Origin: Lama glama
Lineage: Eukaryota
Direction of reading: 5' to 3'
NCBI GenBank assembly: GCA_028534125.1
Contig: CM052816.1
Coordinates: forward strand, 10,542,001 to 10,606,000
DNA: 64,000 nt
The translations under genes were made by a program, and so were the position numbers. This document shows positions 26,201-38,984 of this stretch, piece by piece (within the stretch, counting starts at the first letter, position 1; each line of letters starts with the position of its first letter). The notes under the pieces were generated by a model, which saw nothing but the letters and a program-made list of their open reading frames with translations, made no database searches and was not told the DNA's origin.

Positions 26201-27765
26201 ATCCTATTCCTGAATGGCATGCTAGGATGCAATCGGGAAGAAAGAACTGTATTCTCATTTTCTCAGTACCTAACACAAATATTTACATCTATCTTTTTAA
26301 GGATGTTAGGCATCTCCGTTTCCTTTGATTAGTAGAAGGGAGTGGGATTTCCATTCAGGCACTTTCCTTCTTGGGGAGTGTAAAAATGTCTTTCCTTTGT
26401 TCAGCAAATAAATTCTTAGGATGTAGGATCCAATGAACAATAAAGAATGAGTACCTCCAGGCTGTCACCAATAGACCAGGATTTCTCCCCCTCTTCCCTT
26501 CCTCTTTCGCACTGCAGATCACCTCGAGTCCCTGTAGATTCTGCCTTCTTAATAATCAGTCCAGTGTAGCCACTCTCTTCCACCTCCTTTCCTTCTCTCC
26601 CACCAGATGGACTATTTTGACAGTCAGTTTCACCAAGTATACATTTGCTTGATTGTCAATTGAAATCATTCAGTGAATTACACCCGGCAAAATCAACGCA
26701 ATGATGGTTTCACTGTGATATCTCTACTGGTTGCTGCAGGAAGGGAAAAGTTGAAGTCAAACATCGGACGTATTTACCTTCACTGTTCCTGTTCTTCATG
26801 GGCTCACTGGCAGGTTGGGGACATTGAAGGGACCTAGCTTTACTAAACACAGCAGCAGTGGGCGGACATGGAGCTATATGTAAGGTGTGGAGGTAGCAAG
26901 TGAAAACTAAAAGCCTCTCTGCTATTTAAGTTTGGAGTCCCCTTGTTGTTAACTGTCTCTAAAGCAACCGAGTGTATCCTTGAGATCTGTACTCTAGGTA
27001 GAAAGGTTTTTCCACCAAGTTGTGGTGTGTGAGGGAGATACCCACTCACACTGAGTGCCTTTCTTAAGTCACCCTGGTAGCCTCCTGACAACACACTCAG
27101 AGAGGGCTGCACAGCTGTAGGCTCTGTCCGTGTAGTTGAATACACATCTAGGGCCTGGGTCCTGGCCAGTTTCAAAATAGATTCCTCTCTGAGGGAAATT
27201 CTCTGGGCAAGGATCATCTCCCTCTCTTGTCTCTGTCTGTCTCTCTCCGCAGAAAGAAGCAGGCCGCTGATGCCAAGTCCATGAAAACAAATCTTTACAG
27301 TGGCCTCTCAATCAATAAGGAGCTTTATTTGCTGCATGTCACACCCTCTGTTCATTGTAGTCACGCAGCCGAGCTGGCACAGAAGAGACAGCACAAAGGC
27401 TGGCCTCGGCTCTGAAGGGCCCTGCTGGGGTGGCGCAGGAAGAGCTCTGGGATCTGGCTCTGATTCTACTGTGAACTCACTGTGTGGCTGTGCCCACTCT
27501 GGGCCTCAGTGTCTGCTGCTTTTAAGTGAGGCAGTTAGACCAAATGCTCTCCAAGGGCTGACCAAATTCAGAAATTAGCTATTACATGACCCTAGAAAGA
27601 AGACAAGTTGTACCAGCAGTGGGCTGACCTCCTGGCCTTCCAGTGAGTGAGACCCATGACCTTCCTGAGCCACAGTTGTGAGGAGAAAGGAATGAGCATC
27701 TTTGGGGATGTTTAGATACTGAATCTGCACCAGCTTCCTCATAGCGGATGTTGCTTATTGACAAA

Positions 27766-27779
27766 GTTACCATAGCAAC
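27766..27779. promoter_or_regulatory. RFX X-box motif
   Basis: GTTACCATAGCAAC matches the 14-bp X-box consensus. A degenerate X-box-like GTTGCTTATTGACAA sits immediately 5' (27750-27764). Both are in unique sequence. Confidence 0.55.
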
Positions 27780-28157
27780 TGGAGCATCATTTGGCACCAG
27801 GGTTTAGGAAAGTGGTTAAGGCATGCAATTTAAGAGAAATACATTTTCCTTTCTCACCCATGTCAACCTAATTCTCTCAGTCATCCACTTTAGCAGTTAA
27901 ATCCACTTCCGTAAAGATCTTTCATTAAATTCAGACAGATATCTCACCAAACCATCACCATGAGAGGTAGCCTGGTGGTAAAAGAATATCTAGTATCAGA
28001 AATAAAATGGTCATCTCGGAGTCCTAGGTCTGCAACTAAAATAACTTTACTGTGTTGTGAGTTCTCTCCCTTCTTGGGGCCTTGCTTCCTAATCTATCAA
28101 ATGGAAAGAATGGACCAAATATTATCTAAGGCATTGTTCATTTCAAATATTCTAGCC

Positions 28158-28435
28158 AGAAGTTTGCAAATTGGTGGCACAAAGATCATGTTCAGCATGC
28201 TGATGTGATGTGTTTGCCCCATGTTGGGTCAACCACACTTTGGATTGATTGACAGCATTTAACAAATTGGGAGTTTTCACATAATAGTCCAGATCTCTGA
28301 CTCCTTCAGAAAAACAAACAAAAATTCAGCCAATCCAATAACATTGGGCTGAAAACCTCCATGGCAGCTCTCAGCTGGAGCCCCCTTCACACAAGGGTTG
28401 AGTCCTCCAGGCTTCACCATCCCCATCATTTCTGA
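28158..28435 (+). mobile_element. MER102/Charlie4-like hAT fragment
   Basis: tttgcaaattggtggc...aaattgggagttttcacataatagtccagat...catggcagctctcagctggagc. Confidence 0.6.
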
Positions 28436-29639
28436 GTAATCACCGACTCACGTCATGTATGAATGCCAGTGAGTATCTTACAACCAACCCAGCCTTTCTC
28501 AACCTAACTCATCAAGGCATTAGTGTTTTCAGCTGCTGTTTAGCTCTTTTAGGATAGAGATGGCATGATCCAAACTCTCTTTACATCACTAATGCCATCA
28601 TTTGGCAATGATCTTGGTGGAAGACAGAAACTGGGTCCAATCAAAGACTGCCCTGAATGAGAAAACTGATAGTAACATTGGCTACCTTGACCTCTCATAC
28701 TCATCAACTGATCTCACGGGCCTGGGCAACCACATCTATGGGTGATGATTGGAAATGTCACTGACATTGAATTGGTCACATGATCCTCTGATCTATGACT
28801 CTCAGCAAGTTAGTAATTCTCTTTGATTTGGTCTTTGAAAGTGTGAAATAAGTTGATTTACAATTAGCAAGCTTCCCTCTACAGCTAAAATTTCCTGAAG
28901 CAATATGAATCCCTATGCAAAGACCCATATTTACTTCTTCCTGAGTGTGTGTGTGTGTGTGTATGTGTGTGTATTTCAGAGTTGTAAGTGTCTTCTTATT
29001 TTAAAGTACATATTTTGTGGTCATTGGTGCAGTGTCGACACCTGGAGTCCTAAGTAGTGATATAGGAACAACACTAGGACAAAAATCAGGAAGACAGGCC
29101 TACCTATAGATATAAGGGGAGGCATTCCCTCCAACTCGTTTTACAGCGCAAACTCCCTCTACTTGGAAACTGGCTCTAGGAAACATGATGATAAACATGC
29201 TGATAAAACCCTGTAGCTGAAGTTCCCTAAGAGATGCAGTCCCAGATTCAACAGCAGAATTGGCAGTTTAGGGAGGGTCCGTGACAACTCACAAGGAACA
29301 TTAAGAATTCATCAAAGAATGTCTGATGCTGAAACCCAAGGCCAGAGCTAGAAGCACCAGAAAGAATTAGCAACCAGTCTGTGCATATGGCCTTGATGCA
29401 CTAGTAAATGCTGCCTCCCAGATGTTAGTTTTATTGGGAAGTTTTCACCCTGTGTAGCCTTAGAGGAGACACAGTTACTTTAATAATTGATATCTAAAAC
29501 TGTACTCCAGCTCAGCCTTTCAAACAAGGCACTAGTTCAAGTGGTGTAGCCTCTCTGGGACGAAGGGCCCTAACTATTAAATAGACAGGCTGACCTTGGG
29601 ACACTGGGAGTGTTGTGATTTCATGGGCAGGCTGACTTG

Positions 29640-29860
29640 GGCACACTGGGAATCTTGAAATTCAGACATCCTGGGTGGAAGTCCCAGCTCTGCCACGTGT
29701 CCTAGGTGTGACCTTGGATAAGGAATCAAAACTTCCTGAGTCTCGGTTTCTTTGCCTGTACAATGGGGGTATGATGGTACCCTCCTCATAGACTTGTGTG
29801 AGAATGGAATAGTCTAAGTGGAATGCTTAGCACAGTGCCTACTTCATAGCAACTAACTGA
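29640..29860 (+). mobile_element. MIR SINE
   Basis: tcccagctctgccac...gtgtgaccttggataag...ctcggtttctttgcctgtacaatgggg...tgcttagcacagtgcct. Confidence 0.8.
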
Positions 29861-30306
29861 AAATTTCTCAGCTAGTTAAAAGAGTTAACTAGTTAAAAAA
29901 GAAAATTTCTTTTTTAATATTATTGAACATTTTAGATTCTTTGCTGATCATCATGTTGAAGTTGCTTGACTGTGCTCAGCATTTTCAATATCCACAACTC
30001 TCAGAGATGGGTACTATAATTATTATTGCCATTTTTAAATGGGAAAACAGACTCCTCATGTTTGGGAACTTGTCTCAGGTCTGAATCCAACTCCAAATCA
30101 CATCTAACTGCAAAGTGAGTGCTTCTAATGATGACCCTAAGCTACTTTCATAAAACATGCTGTCCACAACAGTGAGAAAAACAGATGGGTGACAGCTCTC
30201 CTCTCAAGTGGCTGAGTGAATGAGGGATTTCATGTAGGAGCTCAGGAGAAGTCTGTTGCTGACAATGCTACTTAGTTCTGTGTGTGTGTGTGTGTGTATG
30301 TGTGTG

Positions 30307-33300
30307 GAGGAATAGTTTACAGTGTTGTGTTAATTTCTGGTGTACAGCACAATGCGTCAGTCATACAGAAACATACATATATTCATTTTCATGTTCTTTT
30401 TCACTGTAAGCTACTACAAGATATTGAATACAGTTCCCTGTGTTATACAGTATAAACTTGTTTATCTATTTTATATATATTAGTCAGTATCTGCAAATCT
30501 TGAATTCCCATTTTATCCCTTCCTACCCTCTTCCTCACTGGTAACCATAAGTTTGTTTTCTATGTTTGTGAGTCTATTTCTGTTTTGTAAATAAGTTCAT
30601 TTTTCTTTTTTTTTCAATTCCATATATAAGTGATATCATATAGTACTTGTCTTTCTCTTTTTCGTTTACTTCACTTAGAATGCCATTCTCCAGGGCCATG
30701 CATGTTGCTGCAAATGGCGTTATTTTATCATTTTTATTGCTGAGTAGTATTCTGTTGTATAAATATACCACAGCTTCTTTATCCAGTCATCCTCAATGGA
30801 CATTTAGGTTGTTTCCATGTATTGGCTATTGTAGATAGTGCTGCTATGAACATTGGGGTACAGGTGTCTTTCTGAACTAAGCTTTCCTCTGGATATATGC
30901 CCCAAAGTGGGATTGCTGGATCATGTGGTAAGTCTGTTTTTAGTCTTTTGAGGAATCTCCATACTGTTTTCCACCAAACTGCATTCCCACTAACAGTGTA
31001 GGAGGGTTCCCTTTTCTCCACAGCCTCTCCAGCATTTATCATTTGTGGACTTTTGAATGATGGCCATTCTGACTGGTGTGAGGTGGGTGATACCTCATTG
31101 TAGTTTCGATTTGCATTTCTCTGATATTTAGTGATATTGAGCATTTTTTCATGTCTCTATTGGTCATTTGTATGTCTTCATTGGATAATTGCTTGTTTAG
31201 GTCTTCTGTCCATTTTTGGGTTGGGTATTTTTTTTTTAAGTTGTATGAGCTGTTTATATATTCTGGAAGTCAAGCCCTTCTCAGTCTCATCTTCTGCAAA
31301 TATTTTCTCCTGTTCTGTAGGTTGTTGTTTTGTTTTGCTTATGGTTTCCTTTGCTGTGCAAAAGCTTTTTAAGTTTAATTAGGTCCCATTTGTTTTTTTT
31401 TGCTTTTATTTCTATTGCTTGGGTAGACTGCCCTAGGAGAACATTGCTGAGATGTATATGAGATAATGTTTTGCCTATATTTTCTACTAGGAGGTTTATT
31501 GTATCTTGTCTTATGTTTAAGTCTTTAAGCCATTTTAAGTTTATTTTTGTGTATGGTATGAGGGAGTGTTCCAACTTCATTGATTTACATGCAGCTGTCT
31601 AGTTTTCCCAGTACCAATTGCTGAAGAGACTGTCTTTATTCCATTGCATGTTCTTGCCTCCTTTGTCAAAGATTAATTGACCAAAAGTTTGTGGGTTCAT
31701 TTCTGGGCTCTCTATTCTGTTCCATTGATCCATATGTCTATTTTTGTACCAATACCAAGCTGTTTTGATTATTGTAGCTCTGTAGTATTTTTAAACATTT
31801 TTTATTGATTTATAATCATTTTACAATGTTGTGTCAAATTCCAGTGTAGAGCACAATTTTTCAGTTATACATGAACATATACATACTCATTGTCACATTT
31901 TTTTTCCTCTGTGTGTGGCTCTGTAGTATTGTGTGAAGTCTGGGAGGGTTACTCCTCCAGCTTCATTCTTTTTCTTCAGTATTGCTTTGGCAATTCTGGG
32001 TCTTTTGTGATTCCATATAAATTTTGATGTGACTTGTTCTTATTCTGTGAAAAATGTCCTGGTAATTTGATAGGGATTGCATTAAATCTGTAGATTGCCT
32101 TGGGCAGTATGACCATTTTAACAATATTGATTCTTCCAATCCAAGAGCATGGGATATCTTTTCATTTCTTGAAGTCTTCTTTAATTTCCTTAATCAGTGT
32201 TTTGTAGTTCTCCATGTATAAGTCTTTCACCTGCTTGGCTAGATTTATTCCTAGGTATTTTATTACTTTGGGTGCTATTTTAAAAGGGATTGTTTCTTTA
32301 CTTTCTTTCCCTGTTGATTCATCATTAGTGTAAAGAAATGCAACTGATTTTTGTACATTAATCTTGTATCCTGCTACCTTGCTGAATTCTTTTATTAGTT
32401 CTAGTAGTTTTCATGTGGAGATTTTAGAATTTTCTATATATAGTATCACGTCATCTGCATATAGTGACAATTTTACCTCTTTTCCAATTTGGATCCCTTT
32501 TGTTTCTTTTTCTTGCCTGATTGCTGTGGCTAGGACTTCCAAGACTATGTTGAATAGAAATGGTCAGAGTGGACAACTTTGTCTTGTCCCAGATTTCAGT
32601 GGGAAGAGTTTCAGTTTTTCACCATTGAGTACTATGCTGGCTGTAGGTTTGTCATAAATAGCTTTTATTATGTGGAGATATGTTCCCTCTATACCCACTT
32701 TGATAAGGGTTTTTTAAATCATAAGTGGGTGCTGAATTTTATCAGATGCTTTTTCTGCATCTATTGAGATGATCATGTAGTTTTTGTCCTCCCTTTTGTG
32801 GATGTGGTGTATCACATTGATTGATTTGCATGTGTTGAACAATCAAACCAAGAGCTGTTTTTCTGAAAGAATAAACAAAATTGACAAACCTCTGGCCAAG
32901 CTCACCAAGAAGAGAAAAGAGAGAGCAGAAACAAACAAAATACGAAAGGAAAATGGAGAAATCACACCAATACCACAGAAATACAAAATATCATATGAAT
33001 ACCATGAACAACTAGATGGAAACAAAATGGATAACCTAGAAGAAATGGACAAGTTTCTGGAAACATACAGTCCACCAAGACTGAATCAAGAAGAAATTGA
33101 TCACTTGAACAAACCAATCACTAGAAATGAAATAGAATTAGCAATAAAAAAATCTCCCTACAAGCAAAAGTCCAGGACTGGATGGCTTCACAGGGGAATT
33201 CTGCCAAATATACAAAGAAGATCTCATACCAGTCCTTCTCAAACTCTTCTAGAAGATTGAAATGGCGGAAGTACTGCCAAACTCATTCAATGAAGCCACC

Positions 33301-33480
33301 ATCACCCTGATATCAAAACTAGGCAGACACTATCAATAAAGAAAATTATAGGTCAATATCACTGATGAACATATATGCAAAAATCCTCAACAAAATATTA
33401 ACAAACAGAATCCAACAGCACATAAAAAAGATCATACACCGTGATCAGGTTGGCTTCATCCCAGGAACACAAGGATGGTT
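30307..33480 (-). mobile_element. L1 of about 3.2 kb with a 5' inversion (L1 sense on - for about 30307-32842, inverted segment on + for 32843-33480)
   Basis: ORF2 C-terminal peptides on - ([15 protein letters not shown]). Upstream ORF2 peptides on + ([51 protein letters not shown]). Frameshifted. Confidence 0.92.
31790..31917 (-). mobile_element. Short young L1 3' tail nested in L1
   Basis: Same 3' end as 23044-23253, in reverse. 13-bp TSD gctctgtagtatt (31777-31789 and 31918-31930). Confidence 0.9.
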
Positions 33481-33498
33481 GATTTTTTGTTTTTTTTT

Positions 33499-33998
33499 NN
33501 NNNNNNNNNNNNNNNNNNNNNNNNNNNNNNNNNNNNNNNNNNNNNNNNNNNNNNNNNNNNNNNNNNNNNNNNNNNNNNNNNNNNNNNNNNNNNNNNNNNN
33601 NNNNNNNNNNNNNNNNNNNNNNNNNNNNNNNNNNNNNNNNNNNNNNNNNNNNNNNNNNNNNNNNNNNNNNNNNNNNNNNNNNNNNNNNNNNNNNNNNNNN
33701 NNNNNNNNNNNNNNNNNNNNNNNNNNNNNNNNNNNNNNNNNNNNNNNNNNNNNNNNNNNNNNNNNNNNNNNNNNNNNNNNNNNNNNNNNNNNNNNNNNNN
33801 NNNNNNNNNNNNNNNNNNNNNNNNNNNNNNNNNNNNNNNNNNNNNNNNNNNNNNNNNNNNNNNNNNNNNNNNNNNNNNNNNNNNNNNNNNNNNNNNNNNN
33901 NNNNNNNNNNNNNNNNNNNNNNNNNNNNNNNNNNNNNNNNNNNNNNNNNNNNNNNNNNNNNNNNNNNNNNNNNNNNNNNNNNNNNNNNNNNNNNNNNN
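33499..33998. other. Assembly gap (exactly 500 N)
   Basis: Run of N with a round length, typical of a scaffolding placeholder. Confidence 0.99.
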
Positions 33999-34420
33999 AT
34001 TCCATTGTATAAATATACCACAGCTTCTTTATCCAGTCATCTGTTGATGGACATTTAGGCTGTTTCCGTGTCTTGGCTATTGTAAATAGTGCTGCTATGA
34101 ACATTGAGGTACAGGTGTCTTTTTGAAGTAGGGTTCCTTCTGGCTGTATGCCCATGAGCAGGATGACTGGGTCATATGGTAAGTCTATTCCTAGTCTTTT
34201 GAGGAATCTCCGTACTGTTTTCCACAGTGGCTGCACCAGCCAGTGTAGGAGGGTTCCCACCAGCAGTGTAGGAGGGTTCCCTTTTCTCCACAGCCTCTCC
34301 AGCATTTGTCATTTGTGGACTCTTGAATGATGGCCATTCTGACTGGTGTGAGGTGATACCTCACTGTAGTTTTGATTTGCATTTCTCTGATAATTAGTGA
34401 TATTGAGCATGTTTTCTTGT
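33999..34420 (-). mobile_element. L1 ORF2 C-terminal/3' fragment abutting the gap
   Basis: Translates to [16 protein letters not shown] and QKDTCTSMFIAALFTIAKT. The poly(T) at 33483-33498 before the gap may be its tail. Confidence 0.88.
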
Positions 34421-35469
34421 CCCATGTGCAATTCTTGTGTTTGACTCACCTGGCATGGCATTTCCTAGAATGCGTGATTTCATCTCACGAAGTTTTACAC
34501 CATGTCATCATAGAACATACTAGAAATTGCCCACGCTAGACAGGACACAATTTCCTGAGATTTTGTGTGTGAGTCTGTGCATGAGAAGAAGTCAGAATTA
34601 CCTGACTTTTTTTTTCCCCTAAGAGATAGCATATAACCATTTTCTTTCTGATACTATAATTCTAGGCTATTTTTGTTTCTCCTCCTGCAGTTCTTCAATA
34701 TCTGTCAGTGTAGGTCACTTCATCTTATTCATGGGAAATAAATGTGATGTTTATTCTGTGCTGCTCCATGGGCATAATGTTCTTTCCTGCCCCTGCCTCT
34801 GAAAAGATGACTCACATGGAGGGAAGGAGGAGGCTGAGTCTATTGATTCAGTTTCCTAATGAGAGAAAAATATCAGTTTGGCTGCTGATGTGAGATGCAT
34901 TCAATCCACCCTAAACTAAGGACTGATGACTGTGAATACCTTCCTAGCAAAGAGCAGTCCTCTACCTACAGCATTTGCAGGAATATCAGATCTTTGCATT
35001 GATGTTTGAGAAATGTGGGAGTCGTAGAAAGGACTTTTCAGCTTCTTTTCAGTCATTATGAATCTTTGCTATCACCCAAAAAGAACAATACTGATTGCAC
35101 TATCTCAAAGCAGTATAAAGACTATGACCTCATTTTATGGAATGACAAATAACCTTTCTCAGATGCTTATGCCACATAAACGGCACAGGGCAATTGTTAC
35201 ATCACCTCACATATCTGAGCCTAAAAGGTATAAAATGGAGCCCCGCTTGCCTGCTCTTCCCACTTCTGGATATAGGGTGCAGTGGTAGCTGTGATAAAAA
35301 CTCCCCTTTCGGGAAAAAGAGCTCTCATTTTTGGACAGAGCTTTCTGAACCAACAACCTCAAGCCACCAACACGGGGCCATTAATTAGGCACTAATCTGG
35401 AGTCAGATTGTCTCTAATTTTAGGCTGGGCTCAGCTACCCAAGTTAGTGACCTTAAATGAATCACTGAA

Positions 35470-35630
35470 TGATTTTCAAACCTTATTGTGCATGTGAATC
35501 ATCTGAGGAGGGTGTTAAAATGCACATTCCCAGGTCCGACCCTTAGAGATTCTGGTTCAGAAAGTCTGGGGTGGAGTCAAACAGCTTGCAAATTTCACAG
35601 GCATCCCGAATAATTCTAACCTCAGTTGAT
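35470..35630 (+). mobile_element. MER5-like hAT element
   Basis: ttttcaaacctt...gaatcatctgaggagggtgttaaaatgcacattcccagg...agagattctggttcagaaagtctggggtgg. Confidence 0.75.
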
Positions 35631-36654
35631 CCAAGAGACACACTGAGAGATTCTGTTTGTTCTTTCCTGATATCAGAGGGCTATTGTGAGAGCAGAGAAT
35701 ATCAGAGCGCACTCTGAGCTTTTGAAAGGAAATCAGAATGCCAATAAATACGAGGTTGCTGTGCAGTCCCAGTTCTCTGCCCCAGGCACCGAAGGGAGTA
35801 AAAACCTCTCCTCTGTGTGTCAAAAGGAAGCCTGAATCTCCTCTCTGCATCCAGTCATCTACAAAGGGATTTCCTAAGCGACTGTACTTTGTTCTGGGCT
35901 CCAATCTGCTAGGAGCAAAATTGGTCTGATTATGAACAAGTCGCCAGGAGATGAAAGCATTTTTCGCAGCTGTGATGGAGGATGTGTTGACGCAGGAGAG
36001 CTGTGGGCTTGCCATGCTCTGAAGGCAGCTTGGTGAGAAGTGGACTTGCTGGAAGCTTGCAGGGCTCTGGTGGGGGGAAGAAAAGCGGGTTCTCCACACA
36101 GCACTGAGGTCAAACATCCTGTTCCCTCTGAAGCATTAGGTAATTAAACATTGCCAAGCCAACAAGTGAGAAGAAGCTCCACAGCTGTCCACTTCACCCC
36201 TGCCCTAATGCCCGTCACTTTAAATGTGTTTAATCAACAAGCATTTATGGCACACCTACTGTGTGCCTGGCTGGGTGAGCAAGGCACCATTGCTCCCCTT
36301 GCTTAAGCAGTTTACACTCTTCCAAGAGCTATCAGCAAGGGGTTGTCCATTGCAATCCAGGATGAGTGTGAAAAGTGCTAGAAAAAAGCATAAGCCACCC
36401 AACTTAACCTCCAGTAGGGTGGCAGAGGGAGCCAGGAAGGATCGCTGGAGTAACTGGCAGCCAGTCTGAGACTCAAGGGCAGAATAGGAGTTAGACAGGC
36501 TTTTGAGACACATAGACCCAAGTTTTATTTAGGGTTCAGCTCTTCCTTTAGGCAGATTACTCATTGTCCCTGGACTATCTTGAGATCATGCTGAAGGGCT
36601 TACTTAATCAGATCTTTAAAAGTACTACATGATACCTGGCCATGGGAGAGTAGT

Positions 36655-36850
36655 AATAATAATTCTATTTAATCAGACCTCACTGGGCAAGATTCTGTAA
36701 TAATAATGTTTGATATATTAATTTTTGCTAGAACAATAAGATGTGGGGCAACTTAACCTCATTTTACAGTGGAGGAAATTGAGGCTCAGAAAGTTTAACA
36801 ACCTATCTCAGTAATACACCTGTATGACCTCAGAGTTTGTGTTCTTAACC
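36655..36850 (-). mobile_element. MIR SINE
   Basis: ctcattttacagtggaggaaattgaggctcagaaagtttaac. Confidence 0.65.
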
Positions 36851-37049
36851 AGGGTGGTAGAGCGAGCGCTCCTGGAAAGTCACCTGACACCTACTAGTGG
36901 CTCAGTGAATGCTTATTGAATGAATAAAGCCTTCAGGAAGTAGTAAATGTCAACAAACCAAAAGAAAAAAATCACTATTGCCATTAATACAACAATAACA
37001 GATATTTTAAGGAGAATAAGATAGTTCATTTAAGATAATCAATTATATC

Positions 37050-37695
37050 TAATTCAAAAAGACATATGCACCTGCACCCCAGTGTTCATAGCAGCACTAT
37101 TTACAATATCCAAGACATGGAAGCAACCTACATGTCCATTGACAGATGACTGGATAAAGAAGCTGTGGCATATATATATAGTTGTATATATTATATATAC
37201 CACAATATATATACATATATATATATATAAAAGAATACTACTCAGCCAGAAAGAGAGTGAAATAATGCCATTTGCAGCAACCTGGGTGGACCTGGAGATG
37301 ATCATACTAAGTGAAATAAGTCAGAAAGAGAAAGACAAATACCATATGATATCACTTAGATGTGGAATCTAAAAAAATGACACAAATGACTTATTTACAA
37401 AGCAGAAACAGACTCACAGACATAGTAAACAAACTTATGGTTACCAGTGGGGAAAGAAAGAGGGGGGGGTGGAGAGACAAATTAGGATTTTTGGATTTGC
37501 AGATAATAACTACTATATATAAAATAGGTAAACAACAAAGTCCTACTGTACATCACAGGGAAATGTATTCAACACCTTGTAATAGCCTATAATGAAAAAA
37601 ATATGAAAAGAATATATATATATGTATATATAACTGAATCACACTATGCTGTACACCAGAAATTAGCACAACATTATAAACTACCATAAAAAAAT
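37050..37695 (+). mobile_element. 5'-truncated L1 3' end
   Basis: MFIAALFTISKTWKQPTCPLTDDWIKK followed by the 3' UTR and an A-rich end; internal (TA)n. Confidence 0.92.
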
Positions 37696-38169
37696 CCATT
37701 ATAGATAAATAGCACTTTTTGCATTTAACATATATGTGTCATTTTTTTTATAACACCCATCGGAATAGACTAGGTATTATGAACCCACATTGCAGGTATA
37801 AAAGAGATAGCATGGATATTGCAGATAGTAGGTTATTCCTCATAGAGATGAAGAAATTAAGACAGACAGAGATAAATTTGAACTTTCCAAGGTCTCAGAG
37901 AGACCAGAAGGCGAACTTTTGAATCCTACACCAGCGATTTTTCTACTGCTCCTTTTCCACTACACAGCGTAGATTGATGTCTTTAGGGGTGGGGAGGCCT
38001 CTGTTCTAGAAGCACTGACTATGAATTTAAACACGGCTGACTGTCATGAAAATGCACAGCAGTGGTCATGTGGCGGCTCAAGGGAAATCCTTCACTCAGG
38101 ACGCCTCCAGCTGCAACAGGAAAATTCATCTCCAAATATCTGGAACAGTAAAGGAATTATTATCTCTTT

Positions 38170-38600
38170 CTTAGTTCTGCAAATAGCTACTAAGTACCTA
38201 CTGTGAAGGAGAGAGACAATAGATGAAATAATTAAGTGGACTATAAAATACAAGATTGTAAGTGTAACTGAGGAAAGTAAAGCAACAGAGGGTCTCGGGT
38301 TATGGGTTTTCTCTTTCAAATAAGATGGTCAAGATGCCCAGGCAAAAGATAACATTTTAGCAATGATATGAAGAAGGTGAGAGATCAAAACATGTGGTTA
38401 TCTGAGGAGGAAAGGTCCAGATGGAGGTAATGGTGGGTGCAAATGCCCTGAGGCAAGAGCTTACCTGGTATGTTCAAGACCTAGACGTGAAGCTGATGTG
38501 GCCAAAGTTGAGTGACCAAAGGGAAAAGTTGCGAGAAATGGAGACAGAAGGATGATGACAGGCAGATACGAACAGGAGCCTTAGAGACCGTTATAAAGAC
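38170..38600 (-). mobile_element. L2 fragment
   Basis: ggtgcaaatgccctgaggcaagagcttacctggtatgttcaag...gatgtggcc (reverse L2). Confidence 0.65.
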
Positions 38601-38638
38601 CTGACCTGCTGCCTGAATAGTCATTAAATGCTCTTTTT

Positions 38639-38899
38639 TAAAAATTGAAGTGTAATTGTTTTATAGTATTGTATTAGTCACTGGTGTGCAGCATAGTGAT
38701 TCAATTATACAAACACACACACACAGATGTATATATTCTTTTTCATATTTTTCAGAAAGCGGGGGAGGGATAAATTGAGAGTTCAGGATTAGCAGATACA
38801 AACTACTGTCTATAAAATAGATAAACAGCAAGGACCTACTATATAGCACAGGGAACTCTATTCAATATCTTGTAGTAACTTATAATGAAAAATAATATG
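38639..38899 (-). mobile_element. Short L1 3' UTR insertion with an internal inversion
   Basis: 38639 to about 38756 is an L1 tail on -. About 38757-38899 is the adjacent upstream L1 segment on +. TSD aatgctcttttt/aatgttcttttt (38627-38638 and 38900-38911). Confidence 0.85.
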
Positions 38900-38984
38900 A
38901 ATGTTCTTTTTGATAGCAGGTCAATAATAAATGGTAAGGGACCAAGGTCAAAAGTAAAGAGCCCAGTTAAGCGGTAACCCAGTT

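Noticed and set aside
29586..29652. Two imperfect 25-bp direct repeats (caggctgac...acactggga)
   Set aside because: Only two degenerate copies at a MIR edge; there is no array or CRISPR-like structure.
34241..34281. Duplicated cagtgtaggagggttccc
   Set aside because: Small local duplication inside a dead L1 fragment with no functional implication.
33365..34305. Long ORFs of 190-286 aa
   Set aside because: Artefacts of translating the 500-N gap; the flanks are L1 ORF2 fragments.
35557..36117. 186-aa minus-strand ORF
   Set aside because: No recognisable domain, non-ATG start, and it runs into a MER5-like repeat.
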